NCBI GenBank assembly: GCA_030667705.1
Contig: DAOUVJ010000003.1
Span: forward strand, 1 to 59,682
Reading direction: 5' to 3'
DNA: 59,682 nucleotides
DNA from: Promethearchaeota archaeon
GTDB taxonomy: Archaea > Asgardarchaeota > Lokiarchaeia > Sigyniarchaeales > SOKP01
A program made the translations under genes and the position numbers. Below the pieces are notes generated by a model, which made no database searches, was not told where the DNA came from, and worked only from the letters and a program-made list of their open reading frames with translations. The first letter of the stretch is position 1, and every line of letters starts with the position of its first letter. Below, piece by piece: positions 18,966-29,008 of this stretch.

Positions 18966-20513
18966 TTAGGTGTTTTCAGGTTTTTGTTGTCTTAATAAAG
19001 CTTTTCTAAATTTTTCCAATTGTTGGCGCGGAGTAACAGTCAGGCGTACATAAGGTTTTAACTTCTTTTTAATACCAAACAAGTATTTAGCGATATCTTT
19101 TAACTTTTCTGTGTCATATCGCATCATCATGGTAATTGTTTCCATTTGAGGAGAACCTCCTCCATGAATACCAGCTACTTGCATTAATCCGCCTAACTCA
19201 CTTACAGCAAGGGTCTCTATACCTTTAAAGCATTTATATATGTTTTCGGTTTTTACTCTCGGGTTTCTTTTCAAATATTTCATTGCAAGTTCTCCTACTT
19301 CTTCGTTGAAAAAAGAACCTTCATAGGGTAAAGTTGCTATAAGACCTCCAGATAGATCGGCTAATATTTTATATTCTTCGTAAATCATTTCTCCTGCTAG
19401 TCTTCTTCCTGCATTAGTTAATATCTCATCCGGCACTTGTGTTCCTGAAGGTGCTTTTTCAGAATGCTTTGCACTTGATTCTCCTGCAGCAAAAACTAAT
19501 TCTGCTAAACCTATTAAATGAGAAATTTTATCCTGAGCATGACTCGTTTTTTCTATTCCATTATATTCTGCAACTAAAGCAGAAGCACTTGCAATTACTT
19601 CAGATGTGGCAGGTTTACAACCAGTGTAACTATGTCTATGATAATGAGCAAACATCAATGCAAGAAATCCAGCATAAGGAGTTTCTCGAGGGTTTCCGTG
19701 ACCATTCATGAATATTCTCTCATTTGGCACGAACACATCATCAAAAATTATAAAAGTTTCACAATCTCCTAATTTTGATGTCGGAATATCGAATACCTTA
19801 CTTTCTTTTACCCACGCGGGTCTAGTTAGGAGCTTAACCCCCTCCCAATCAGCTGGTAAAGCAAAAGCAACAGCATAGTCTTTATCATCTGGGCTCATGT
19901 ATCGACCCGGAACCACAATTATTTCATCAGCATATGCAGTATTCGTAATATTGATTTTACAACCTCTCACAATTATTCCATCTTCTTTAGTTTCTATTAC
20001 GCGAAGATATTGATCGGGATCCTCTTGTTGAAAAGGTCTTTTGAGTCGGTCTCCTTTAGGATCAGTTTGCGCACAACTGGCAACAAAATCTTTCTCCTGA
20101 AACATTTCCATGTATTTTAAAAATCTTTGATAGTACTCCGTGTGTAATGCTTGATCCATTTCGTAGGTAATAACTGAGAGAGCATTTAATGCATCAATGC
20201 CCATGCATCTCTGAATGCAACCTCCTACTCGATGACATAATCTGCGAGTCATGAGTTGCTTTTTGAGCAAATCTTCTTCACTTTGATGAATGTTAGTAAA
20301 TCGATTTATTCTATTACCCGTGATATGGCTTTTAGTGACGCATAAATCTTCCCATTCAGGATCGTGCGCTTTATCAAAAGTCTCTTTTATGATAAACATG
20401 CCACCCTTCAACCGAGGATCGGTACGATCGACTTTTTCATCACCAATATAGATGTTTGGTTTCATTTTTTTTAGATCTTCAACATATTGTTCGAATGTTC
20501 TCATATATATCAT
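18966..20513 (-). CDS. 4-hydroxybutyryl-CoA dehydratase / HpaB family FAD-[4Fe-4S] protein (divergent paralogue 1)
   Basis: INRFT, GGCIQRCMG, QTDPKGDR, FDDVFVP, HRHSYTGCK, HGGGSP. Confidence 0.88.
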   Translation of the reverse strand: MIYMRTFEQYVEDLKKMKPNIYIGDEKVDRTDPRLKGGMFIIKETFDKAHDPEWEDLCVTKSHITGNRINRFTNIHQSEEDLLKKQLMTRRLCHRVGGCIQRCMGIDALNALSVITYEMDQALHTEYYQRFLKYMEMFQEKDFVASCAQTDPKGDRLKRPFQQEDPDQYLRVIETKEDGIIVRGCKINITNTAYADEIIVVPGRYMSPDDKDYAVAFALPADWEGVKLLTRPAWVKESKVFDIPTSKLGDCETFIIFDDVFVPNERIFMNGHGNPRETPYAGFLALMFAHYHRHSYTGCKPATSEVIASASALVAEYNGIEKTSHAQDKISHLIGLAELVFAAGESSAKHSEKAPSGTQVPDEILTNAGRRLAGEMIYEEYKILADLSGGLIATLPYEGSFFNEEVGELAMKYLKRNPRVKTENIYKCFKGIETLAVSELGGLMQVAGIHGGGSPQMETITMMMRYDTEKLKDIAKYLFGIKKKLKPYVRLTVTPRQQLEKFRKALLRQQKPENT

Positions 20514-20696
20514 TCCACTTTATTTTATATAGTAAATTGTTTATGAAAATAAATTCCCATTTATTAATTTTCTAATTTTTCATTGTTTTTTTTTTAATTA
20601 GAAAAATAATAACATTTATAATAGATTTTGATGAAGTAATACAATCATTAATCAAAAAATAAATTTACCTAAAAAGTTATTAATAGCTGAACGGAA

Positions 20697-23225
20697 ATGT
20701 CTACAGAAATTAGTGTTCCTAGAATTTTTTTTTATTATCTTAAAGAAAGAATAAAACACCCGTTTTCTTTTAAGAAGAAACGATGGAGTTTTTACTCTGA
20801 ACCGGCTTTAAATCTAGGTCTTACAGACCATCCACTCGATAACTTTGCAGATCCACCGTTTGACGTATTCACTTTCTTCAAGAAGTTTTTAAGCAAAAAG
20901 GCGTATAGTATCCGAGAAATAACGTTAAAGGAGAGGATGGAAAACACATTTATATTCAGTTGTAAAGCATATAATATATATTTAAGAAAAGAAGTTCCTG
21001 AGGAATTCGCAGAGGAATACCCTTTACCCCAATTAGGAAATAAACCTACAATATTTAATTTAGCAATTGATTTTATTAGAGATGGTATTTATCGAGTTCG
21101 ATGTAAGAAAGATGGAGACATTCCTGAACATTGTACACCAATGATTTATCAAGATATCATTGATGATAAATTGATAACGGAATTTGAAGATAGAAAAGAA
21201 TATTTTTTAATCAAAACGGAATTAATATCACTTAGAATTTATAAAGCGTCGTTTCGAATAGAAATTTTTGATAACTTTGGAAATTTAATTACAGAATCAA
21301 GTGGTTTGTCAAAAAACGAATTTATTGGATCACTTGATTCATTTCCTTTAGGATTTGTATATTCTAAAAAAAAAAAGAGAATGTATGGAGTTGAAACCTT
21401 TGTATTATATCCGGGGGAGTGTATATATGGATTCGGTGAAAAATTTGGACCGCTTAATAAGATGGGTAAGACAATTACAATATGGCACACTGATGGTCTT
21501 GGAAATTCCACAGGTCGTACATATAAAAATATTCCTTTTTTTATGAGTACTCGTGGTTATGGTGTTTTTGTAAATGAAATTAAACCAAGTACATTTTGGG
21601 TAGGAACGAGAGAAACTACTAAATTAATGATTGGAATAGAAGGAGATTTAATTGATTATTATTTTTTTTATGGTCCTACATTAAAAAAAATACTCGAGAA
21701 ATATACTAATTTAACAGGTAAAGCAGAAGTTCCACCAAAATGGTCATTCGGGATGTGGATGTCGAGACTAAGCTACCGAACTCAAGAGGAGGTCTTAGAA
21801 GTTGCTAAAAAGTTGAGAGATATGAGATATCCTAGTGATGTAATTCATATTGATACAGGGTGGTTTGAAGAAGAATGGATTTGCGATTGGAAATTTAATA
21901 ATAAAAAATTTCCTGACCCAAAAGGTATGATGGATGAGTTAAAAGAAATGGGCTTTAAAGTATCCTTGTGGCAGACCCCTTATATCTCAAAAGCAGGAAA
22001 AAACCAATATAAGGAAGCAAAAAGATTAGGAATTTTAGCCAAAAATCATGGACCATTTTCTTTTCTTTTTGAGCCCGCTTTTGCGTTGGACTTTTCAAAT
22101 CCTGATCTTATAAAATGGTATCAAAATAAACTTAGAAATTTATTTAAATTAGGAGCTGCCGTGATAAAAACTGATTTTGGTGAAGCAATAGAACCACACC
22201 AAAAATTTTTAAAATATAATGGTAGAGAAATGCATAATTTATTTCCATTATTATATCAAAAGGCAGCATTTGAGGTTACAAAAGAATTCTACGGAAAAGG
22301 GATTATATGGGCAAGAAGTGGTTATAGTGGTTCTCAGCGTTATCCTGTACATTGGTCAGGAGATTCTTCAAGTAGTATAGAAACTATGTTGAGTGTTTTA
22401 CGTGGTGGTCTTAGTCTGGGTCTCTCAGGCTTTACTTATTGGAGTCAAGATGTGGGAGGATTTATTTTGAGTCCTAATGATGAAACCTATATTCGTTGGA
22501 CTCAATTTAGCATTTTTAATTCTCATATCAGATTTCATGGGAACCCTCCTCGATATCGAGAACCATGGAATTTTTCAGAAAAAACTCAAAAAATTGTAAG
22601 AGAAATGTTAAATTTAAGATATCGATTAATACCTTATATTTATACTGAATCACATATTGCTTCTGAACACGGTTTTCCCATTTTACGTCCATTGGTTCTT
22701 GAATTTAATGACGATCCGAATACATTTAATATTGAGGATGAATTCCTGTGTGGAAGAAATTTACTCATAGCACCAATTCTAACAAAATCTAATTCACGAA
22801 TTATTTATTTTCCTTTAGGAGATTGGTATGACTTTTGGACAATGAAAAGATATTGCGGCCCTAAATGGATAAATTATGATTGTGATATCGATAAAGTTCC
22901 TTTCTTTATTAAAGGCGGAACAATTCTGTTTCTTGGACCAATTATGCAGTATGTTGATGAAAAACCACGGAATAAAATTACATTATACATAACACCCATC
23001 GGTGAGAAAGATACATCTGAATGTTTCGTTATAGATGATGAAAAAATAAAGATCAAAGCAACGTTATTAAACCAAGTTATGAATATAAAACTTAGTAAAA
23101 ACATTCCTAAAATTGAGACCTATATTCCAACAAAATGTAAAATTATATCCATAATAATCAATGGTAAGAATACTCCAATTCAGCAGATAAATGATAATTA
23201 CATTAAGGGAGAAATTGAACTTTAG
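20697..23225 (+). CDS. GH31 glycoside hydrolase, YicI-like alpha-xylosidase
   Basis: YGFGE, YKNIPF, IHIDTGW, IKTDFGE (nucleophile), HWSGD, WSQDVGGF, RYRLIPYIY. Confidence 0.92.
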   Translation: MSTEISVPRIFFYYLKERIKHPFSFKKKRWSFYSEPALNLGLTDHPLDNFADPPFDVFTFFKKFLSKKAYSIREITLKERMENTFIFSCKAYNIYLRKEVPEEFAEEYPLPQLGNKPTIFNLAIDFIRDGIYRVRCKKDGDIPEHCTPMIYQDIIDDKLITEFEDRKEYFLIKTELISLRIYKASFRIEIFDNFGNLITESSGLSKNEFIGSLDSFPLGFVYSKKKKRMYGVETFVLYPGECIYGFGEKFGPLNKMGKTITIWHTDGLGNSTGRTYKNIPFFMSTRGYGVFVNEIKPSTFWVGTRETTKLMIGIEGDLIDYYFFYGPTLKKILEKYTNLTGKAEVPPKWSFGMWMSRLSYRTQEEVLEVAKKLRDMRYPSDVIHIDTGWFEEEWICDWKFNNKKFPDPKGMMDELKEMGFKVSLWQTPYISKAGKNQYKEAKRLGILAKNHGPFSFLFEPAFALDFSNPDLIKWYQNKLRNLFKLGAAVIKTDFGEAIEPHQKFLKYNGREMHNLFPLLYQKAAFEVTKEFYGKGIIWARSGYSGSQRYPVHWSGDSSSSIETMLSVLRGGLSLGLSGFTYWSQDVGGFILSPNDETYIRWTQFSIFNSHIRFHGNPPRYREPWNFSEKTQKIVREMLNLRYRLIPYIYTESHIASEHGFPILRPLVLEFNDDPNTFNIEDEFLCGRNLLIAPILTKSNSRIIYFPLGDWYDFWTMKRYCGPKWINYDCDIDKVPFFIKGGTILFLGPIMQYVDEKPRNKITLYITPIGEKDTSECFVIDDEKIKIKATLLNQVMNIKLSKNIPKIETYIPTKCKIISIIINGKNTPIQQINDNYIKGEIEL

Positions 23226-23314
23226 AAATGTTACAAATTATGTTTAGGAATTTCAAATTTTTTTGGTAAATTTTTTTAACATCATTTTCAAAATAAAAAT
23301 TTTAGGGGATTATA

Positions 23315-24152
23315 ATGAAAGAAATTAGGAAGAAAGAAATTAGGACGGAGAAGGTTTCAATAGGTCGTGTGGTAGCGTTTAGTTTAGGTCAATTCTCAGA
23401 TGCCATAGCATACTCAATGTTTTCTTTTTTAATTTTCACTTTTTATTACGCGGTCGTTGGGATTAATATAAACTATATCACAATTGGTTTTATTTTATGG
23501 TCTATTTGGAATGCTACCCACTATTGTTCCACTTTATGGCAGTTTTGTTTTAGGAATTGGTGAAGACCAATCATTATTATTAGGTTTGTTATTAGGTACA
23601 GCATTTATTTCATCAATGTGCTTTGTTTTTTTATGGCGTTACGTAGCAGTTAAAATAGGAATTAAAAGAGGTTTAATGATATCTATGACGACATTTATAA
23701 TTACTCTAATACCATTAATGTTTATTTCTGATGTTCTTGGAGGATTTATTGCATTCTTTTTGGTAGGTGTGGGTCTTTCAGGTTCATTTTTTTTCATTGA
23801 TGTGTTTATTTCCGTAATAGTAGATGAGGATGAATTAAATACTGGTATCAGACGTGAAGGCAGTTATTTTGGAATTCACGCTTTGATTGTTAGACTTTCT
23901 ACGGTTTTAATATATCTTACAATAAGTATTGTTTTTAATACTGTTGGGTGGACAGTGTTTAGTCAATTAGGATCGGATGAAGCAACTATCATTGGCCTTA
24001 GAAGTTTAATGTTTATTTTCCCAGCTATATTTTTAGGATTAGGTATTATATCACTTAGTCGGTTTCCAATTACTAAGGAAAAATATATCCATTTGAAACA
24101 AAATATCGAAGATTTACATGCTAAAAAGATGGAAAAAGTTCAAGATATTTAG
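23315..24152 (+). pseudogene. GPH-family transporter with large internal deletion and frame change near 23505-23515
   Basis: The first frame gives TM1-2 up to WSIWNA. The second frame continues with FGMLPTIVPLY...IVDEDELNTGIRREG (C-terminal half). The central region is missing. Confidence 0.75.
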
Positions 24153-24390
24153 AAACAAGATCTCATCATTTATTTTTATTTTTATTTTTAATTTTTTGTT
24201 TAGATTGTTAGTTATTTGCTGGTATTCCTCATTTGAAAATGATATTTATTTAACTTAATTAAAATTTTCGTGTAATTTTTACAAGAAAGAAACAGGGTTA
24301 GAATTTAGGAGATTTTAATGAGGAATTAATGAACTCCTTCCTATAATAAAAAAAATGAATTAGATTTAAGATTTCGGAGATTCGGCTATT

Positions 24391-24813
24391 CTAATTGTAT
24401 CTTTTATATGTGAATAAAAGCCACACGAATCCTAATACTCCTATGATTGTAGATGCCAATATTATCCAGCTTCCCCAATATGTTGCATTAAATGATCCAC
24501 CCAAAAGAGCAGCTATTCCTTGAACCGCCATGATTGCAAGAACAACGAATGCCATGCCCATTGCGTATTCCTCTTCCTTGAACATGCCTATACCTGCTAC
24601 TATGGCAAACACACCGAGCACTATAGATAATAATCCTTGACTTCCAAATAATTGTATGGCTGCGGTTTCAGTTAACCAAGTTGGTATTGCAATAGGCACC
24701 CCAGCCCAGGCTAAAAACTGCATTACCGCTTGAACCACAAATAACAATCCAACAATAATCAAAAGCCAATTTAGTAATTCATTTGAATCTTTACCTTTTT
24801 TTGTTTCACTCAT
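24391..24813 (-). CDS. Four-TM membrane protein of unknown function
   Basis: 140-aa ORF with four hydrophobic helices. Confidence 0.75.
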   Translation of the reverse strand: MSETKKGKDSNELLNWLLIIVGLLFVVQAVMQFLAWAGVPIAIPTWLTETAAIQLFGSQGLLSIVLGVFAIVAGIGMFKEEEYAMGMAFVVLAIMAVQGIAALLGGSFNATYWGSWIILASTIIGVLGFVWLLFTYKRYN

Positions 24814-24941
24814 GATTTATTCCACATCAATATTATTTCATTAAAAATAGATGTTAAAAATGAAATGGTAACTTAGGAATATAAACTTAATTTTTATAGA
24901 TTAATAGATAAAAGTAATTAAATTGAAAATTACCGTTAAAA

Positions 24942-25994
24942 ATGCAAAAATCATTATCTCCTGAGAAAATTTGTGAAGATCTAGAACATAATCTGCTTAG
25001 TAAGGCGTTTGCGATAGAATTATTATTCTCTCTAATTGAATCTAGTGAAGATCCTGATATTCGCAAGAGATCAATTGACGCTTTCAAAAGAATAGAGAGA
25101 AAGGATGATAAAATTTTTGACTTTATCGAAAATTTTCTCTTATCCGATGAAAATCCTCGTGTCAGAAGTGCTGCGGCTAAATTGATTGAGCATTCATTCT
25201 TAGCGGAGGGTGTTGAATCCTTAAAATGGTCAATCCAACATGATAAATCGCCAATAGTTCTAAAAACAATAAAAGCAATAGTTGAAAATGGTAAGGAAGA
25301 AACAAAAATTTTAAAAGAAGATCTCGTAAAGATCTTAGAATTTATCGCTAAGCAGATGGGAATTGTAAGAGAGGAAGCATCTTTTTTCTTGGATCTTGAA
25401 GCTTTATTCGCACAAGAGATTGGTGATTACACGCTTGATCTATCAACTTATTTATTGTTTCAGAAAATTAAAGATTTTGATATTAGTGATTATTGGCTAA
25501 AAATTGAAGATAAACACGTTGTTTCTTTGTGTCTCAACTATTTTAATTGGATTTACTTTAAACAACGTCCTCAGATATATTCTTCTCTCTCAAAACTTCA
25601 AGATCCCTTCATCTATTTGAATACCTTAAAAAGATTAGAAGAAACCAATCAAAAACCTCTAACTTTACCAAAATCGATTGGTTCTTTAAGGGAATTGAAA
25701 TACTGTACTTTAATCGATAACGGCATTAAAAATTTGCCCCCCGAAATTAGTTCTTTAGAGAAGTTAGAATACCTTGATTTAAGTTGGAATCAATTGACTA
25801 ATATTCCTGATGGAATATTTAACCTTGAAAAATTAGATTATCTAAATCTTAGTCATAATAATCTTGCAATCTTTCCATTAAAATTAGATAAACTTAAAAA
25901 TTTGAGAGATCTCAAGTTAAATAACAATCATATAAAGGAAATCCCTCCATCCTTAGAACATTTCGCTAATTCTTTAAGTAAATTCAAGATATGA
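24942..25994 (+). CDS. HEAT-repeat + leucine-rich-repeat protein
   Basis: N-terminal LLSDENPRVRSAAA HEAT motif. C-terminal LxxLxLxxNxLxxxP repeats (LEYLDLSWNQLTNIP, LDYLNLSHNNLAIFP). Confidence 0.88.
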   Translation: MQKSLSPEKICEDLEHNLLSKAFAIELLFSLIESSEDPDIRKRSIDAFKRIERKDDKIFDFIENFLLSDENPRVRSAAAKLIEHSFLAEGVESLKWSIQHDKSPIVLKTIKAIVENGKEETKILKEDLVKILEFIAKQMGIVREEASFFLDLEALFAQEIGDYTLDLSTYLLFQKIKDFDISDYWLKIEDKHVVSLCLNYFNWIYFKQRPQIYSSLSKLQDPFIYLNTLKRLEETNQKPLTLPKSIGSLRELKYCTLIDNGIKNLPPEISSLEKLEYLDLSWNQLTNIPDGIFNLEKLDYLNLSHNNLAIFPLKLDKLKNLRDLKLNNNHIKEIPPSLEHFANSLSKFKI

Positions 25995-26089
25995 TTCCAA
26001 TTAGGAAGGAATTAGATAGAGGGAAAAAACTATATATATATTAAAAGTCTAATTAAGTTCATTGTTTAAAATTAACAGATGATACGAAT

Positions 26090-27802
26090 ATGGAAGAAAA
26101 TAAGAAAATGATTAGTGGTGGAGACGTTTTAATTAAGTGTCTATTGGAAGAAGATATTAAATATCTTTTTGGAATTATTGGTGGACAATTTTTGAAAATG
26201 TTTGAAGCAATACGTGAATGGGGTCGAGAAAAAGGAATAGAAACGGTAATGTTTAGACATGAACAAGCAGCAGCACATGCTGCGGATGCGTGGGCAAGAG
26301 TTACTAATAAACCCGGTGTTTGTTTTGGCACCGTCGGTCCTGGAGCAACCCATCTTGTACCCGGTGTGGGTGCCGCTTGGTCTGATAATATCCCAATGAT
26401 CGTCATTGTCCCTCAAGTTAACTCGAAGTTTGCGGATTCCTTTACTTTACAAGGAAATCTAGATCAAGTTACAATGTTCAAGCCGATAACAAAATATCAA
26501 AAATCAGTAAGAAACATTGATGAAATTCATGATGCTGTTCATAAAGTATTTCGTGAAGCTACGAGTGGTCGACCAAGACCCGTGTTACTCGAGATTTACG
26601 AAGATGCGTTCTTAGCTGAGAAGGAAGAAAGTGAGATTCCCATCCTACCCTCACAAAATTATCGAGCTATAGCTAAACCTGCTGTAGATGGCGAATCTAT
26701 AAAGCAAGCACTTGAAATGCTGAAGAATGCCAAAAAACCCTTGATAGTCTCTGGAGGAGGCGTATCTAGGTCAGAAGGTTGGAATGAACTACAAGAGTTT
26801 GCTGAATATTTAAAAATACCTGTAATGACTACTCTCATGGGCGTGGGGACGATCTCGAATAAATCTGACAGCTTTATTGGAACAACCATTAATGGTGCTG
26901 GGTTGAAGGCAGGACCAGAAGCTGATGTACTTCTTGTTTTAGGATGTAAATTCACTCACATAATGGCTCACGGTGATGAACCATTCTGGAGCGATTCCCA
27001 AGACATGATTCAAGTAGATATTGATCCTTCAATAATTGGACGTGCTAAACCAATAAGTCTTGGAATAATCGGGGATTGTAAACAATTCTTGAAACAAATC
27101 CTTGAAGAAACAAAGAAATCGGAGAAAGTAGAAAAAAGAGAATGGCTAGAAGAATTAGTTCAACTACGACAATCACAAATGACTAGTTTGATTAAAAAGG
27201 CTTCAAGAGATAAAATACCAATAATTCCACAACGCTTAGTAAAAGAATTCTGGGAATTCATGGATGAGGATGCTACTGTTATTTTAGACGGTGGAGATAT
27301 TACTTGTTATGCGCTAGAACAAATTGATTTTTATAAAGTCCGACCTCCTCTTTCCCTATTACAACCTGTTGGCATGGGTCATCTAGGTGTTGCTGTTGGG
27401 TATGGAATTGGTGCGAAGTTAGCTAAACCAGATAAACAAGTTATAGCGATGTGTGGTGATGGAAGTTTCATGATGAATGTTCAAGATTTAGAAACCACTG
27501 TTCGATTAGGGTTGAAAAATCTTATCTTCGTGATTGCTAACAATAATGCCTGGGGGATGTTAAAATCCGGCCAGAAACTATTCTGTGGTAAACGCTATAT
27601 TGACGTAGACTTCGATGACTTTGATTATGCTAGAATGGCAGAGGGGTTTGGTTGTTATGGAGAAGTAGTGACAGACCCAAGTGAAATAAAACCCGCTTTA
27701 GAGAGAGCTAAAAATTCCGGAAAGCCAGCGGTCTTAGATGTAAAAATAGCCTGGTCCATTCCAGATTCGACAAAATTGCTCGGCTCAATGGGGATTCTCT
27801 AA
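26090..27802 (+). CDS. ThDP-dependent enzyme, acetolactate synthase-like / 2-hydroxyacyl-CoA lyase-like
   Basis: FRHEQAAAHAAD, TVGPGAT and the GDGSFMM...NNNAWG ThDP motif. No small regulatory subunit is adjacent. Confidence 0.88.
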   Translation: MEENKKMISGGDVLIKCLLEEDIKYLFGIIGGQFLKMFEAIREWGREKGIETVMFRHEQAAAHAADAWARVTNKPGVCFGTVGPGATHLVPGVGAAWSDNIPMIVIVPQVNSKFADSFTLQGNLDQVTMFKPITKYQKSVRNIDEIHDAVHKVFREATSGRPRPVLLEIYEDAFLAEKEESEIPILPSQNYRAIAKPAVDGESIKQALEMLKNAKKPLIVSGGGVSRSEGWNELQEFAEYLKIPVMTTLMGVGTISNKSDSFIGTTINGAGLKAGPEADVLLVLGCKFTHIMAHGDEPFWSDSQDMIQVDIDPSIIGRAKPISLGIIGDCKQFLKQILEETKKSEKVEKREWLEELVQLRQSQMTSLIKKASRDKIPIIPQRLVKEFWEFMDEDATVILDGGDITCYALEQIDFYKVRPPLSLLQPVGMGHLGVAVGYGIGAKLAKPDKQVIAMCGDGSFMMNVQDLETTVRLGLKNLIFVIANNNAWGMLKSGQKLFCGKRYIDVDFDDFDYARMAEGFGCYGEVVTDPSEIKPALERAKNSGKPAVLDVKIAWSIPDSTKLLGSMGIL

Positions 27803-27854
27803 GAGGAAGATAGCTCTAAACTAATAAATAAATCAATTTAAAATGTGAAATATT

Positions 27855-28874
27855 ATGAAAGGCGCTGTATTTGAAGGAAAGCATAAAATAATCATAAAAG
27901 AAGACCTGATAAAACCAAGTATTGAAGAAGATGAAGTCTTAATTAAAACAAAAAAAGTAGCCATTTGTGGCACTGATGTAGGATCTTATGAAACGGGAGG
28001 TCCATATTTCCCAGGAATCGTTCTTGGACACGAATTTTCTGGAGAAATTGTGGAAGTTGGTGAAAAGGTGAAAAAATTAAAAGTTGGGACAAGAGTCACC
28101 GTAAATCCACAAATTCCTTGTAATGAGTGCTATTACTGCTTACATGATCAAGAAAATATGTGTAAAATTAAGAATTATGCTTTAGGAACAACAGAAAATG
28201 GTGCTATGAGAGAATATCTCAATGTTAAAGCAGAAAGAGTTCATGTATTACCTGATGATATTTCTTTTGAGCAAGCAGCATTAGTTGAACCCATTTCCGT
28301 AGCATTATATGCTGTAAAAGAATCTGAATTTCAAATTGGACAAACTGCGGCTGTTATTGGGGCAGGACCTATAGGCCTTTTTGTAATTCAAGTTTTAAAA
28401 GCAGCAGGTGCGGCTAAAATATTCGTACTTGAACCCGTAGAATTCAAACAAAAAAAAGCATTAGAATTCGGAGCAAATAAAGTATTTCTCCCCAATGCTT
28501 GGAAAAAAATTTCTAGAAAAACAAATAATATTGGACCAGACCACGTCTATGATTGTGTTGGATTATCATCAACGTTTACTAATTCATTAAACCTCATCAA
28601 AAAAGGCGGAAAAATTACTCTGATCGGAATGCACGCAAACTCCTTAGATATTAGCAATATTTTAAGCATGACCACTAATAACATCACAGTACGGGGAGTT
28701 TATGGTTATAACCAAGAAATTTTTAAAATTGCAATCAATTTACTTGAGCAAGGAAAAATATTGGTTGATCCTCTCATCACTAAAAATATAAAACTAGAAG
28801 AAGTCCCCGATATTTTTGAAAAATTATCAAAACCAGAGCATGATGAATTAAAAGTAATAGTTGAATTGGATTAA
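27855..28874 (+). CDS. Zn-dependent medium-chain alcohol dehydrogenase
   Basis: ICGTD, LGHEFSG, CNECYYC...C, GAGPIG. Confidence 0.92.
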   Translation: MKGAVFEGKHKIIIKEDLIKPSIEEDEVLIKTKKVAICGTDVGSYETGGPYFPGIVLGHEFSGEIVEVGEKVKKLKVGTRVTVNPQIPCNECYYCLHDQENMCKIKNYALGTTENGAMREYLNVKAERVHVLPDDISFEQAALVEPISVALYAVKESEFQIGQTAAVIGAGPIGLFVIQVLKAAGAAKIFVLEPVEFKQKKALEFGANKVFLPNAWKKISRKTNNIGPDHVYDCVGLSSTFTNSLNLIKKGGKITLIGMHANSLDISNILSMTTNNITVRGVYGYNQEIFKIAINLLEQGKILVDPLITKNIKLEEVPDIFEKLSKPEHDELKVIVELD

Positions 28875-29008
28875 ATTTTTTACTTTTTTTTTCTTATTTT
28901 AGCAGACTTTTTACATTTTATAGACCATTTTGATAAAGATTTATAAATTTCTGAAACAATAAATGAGATATTCACCATGTTAGTGAATATTAAAAAGAGG
29001 AAATTATT

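Noticed and set aside
24224-24338. 10-bp inverted repeat ATTCCTCATT...AATGAGGAAT bounding about 100 bp (MITE-like)
   Set aside because: No target-site duplication or second copy was seen, and it is plausible by chance in AT-rich DNA.
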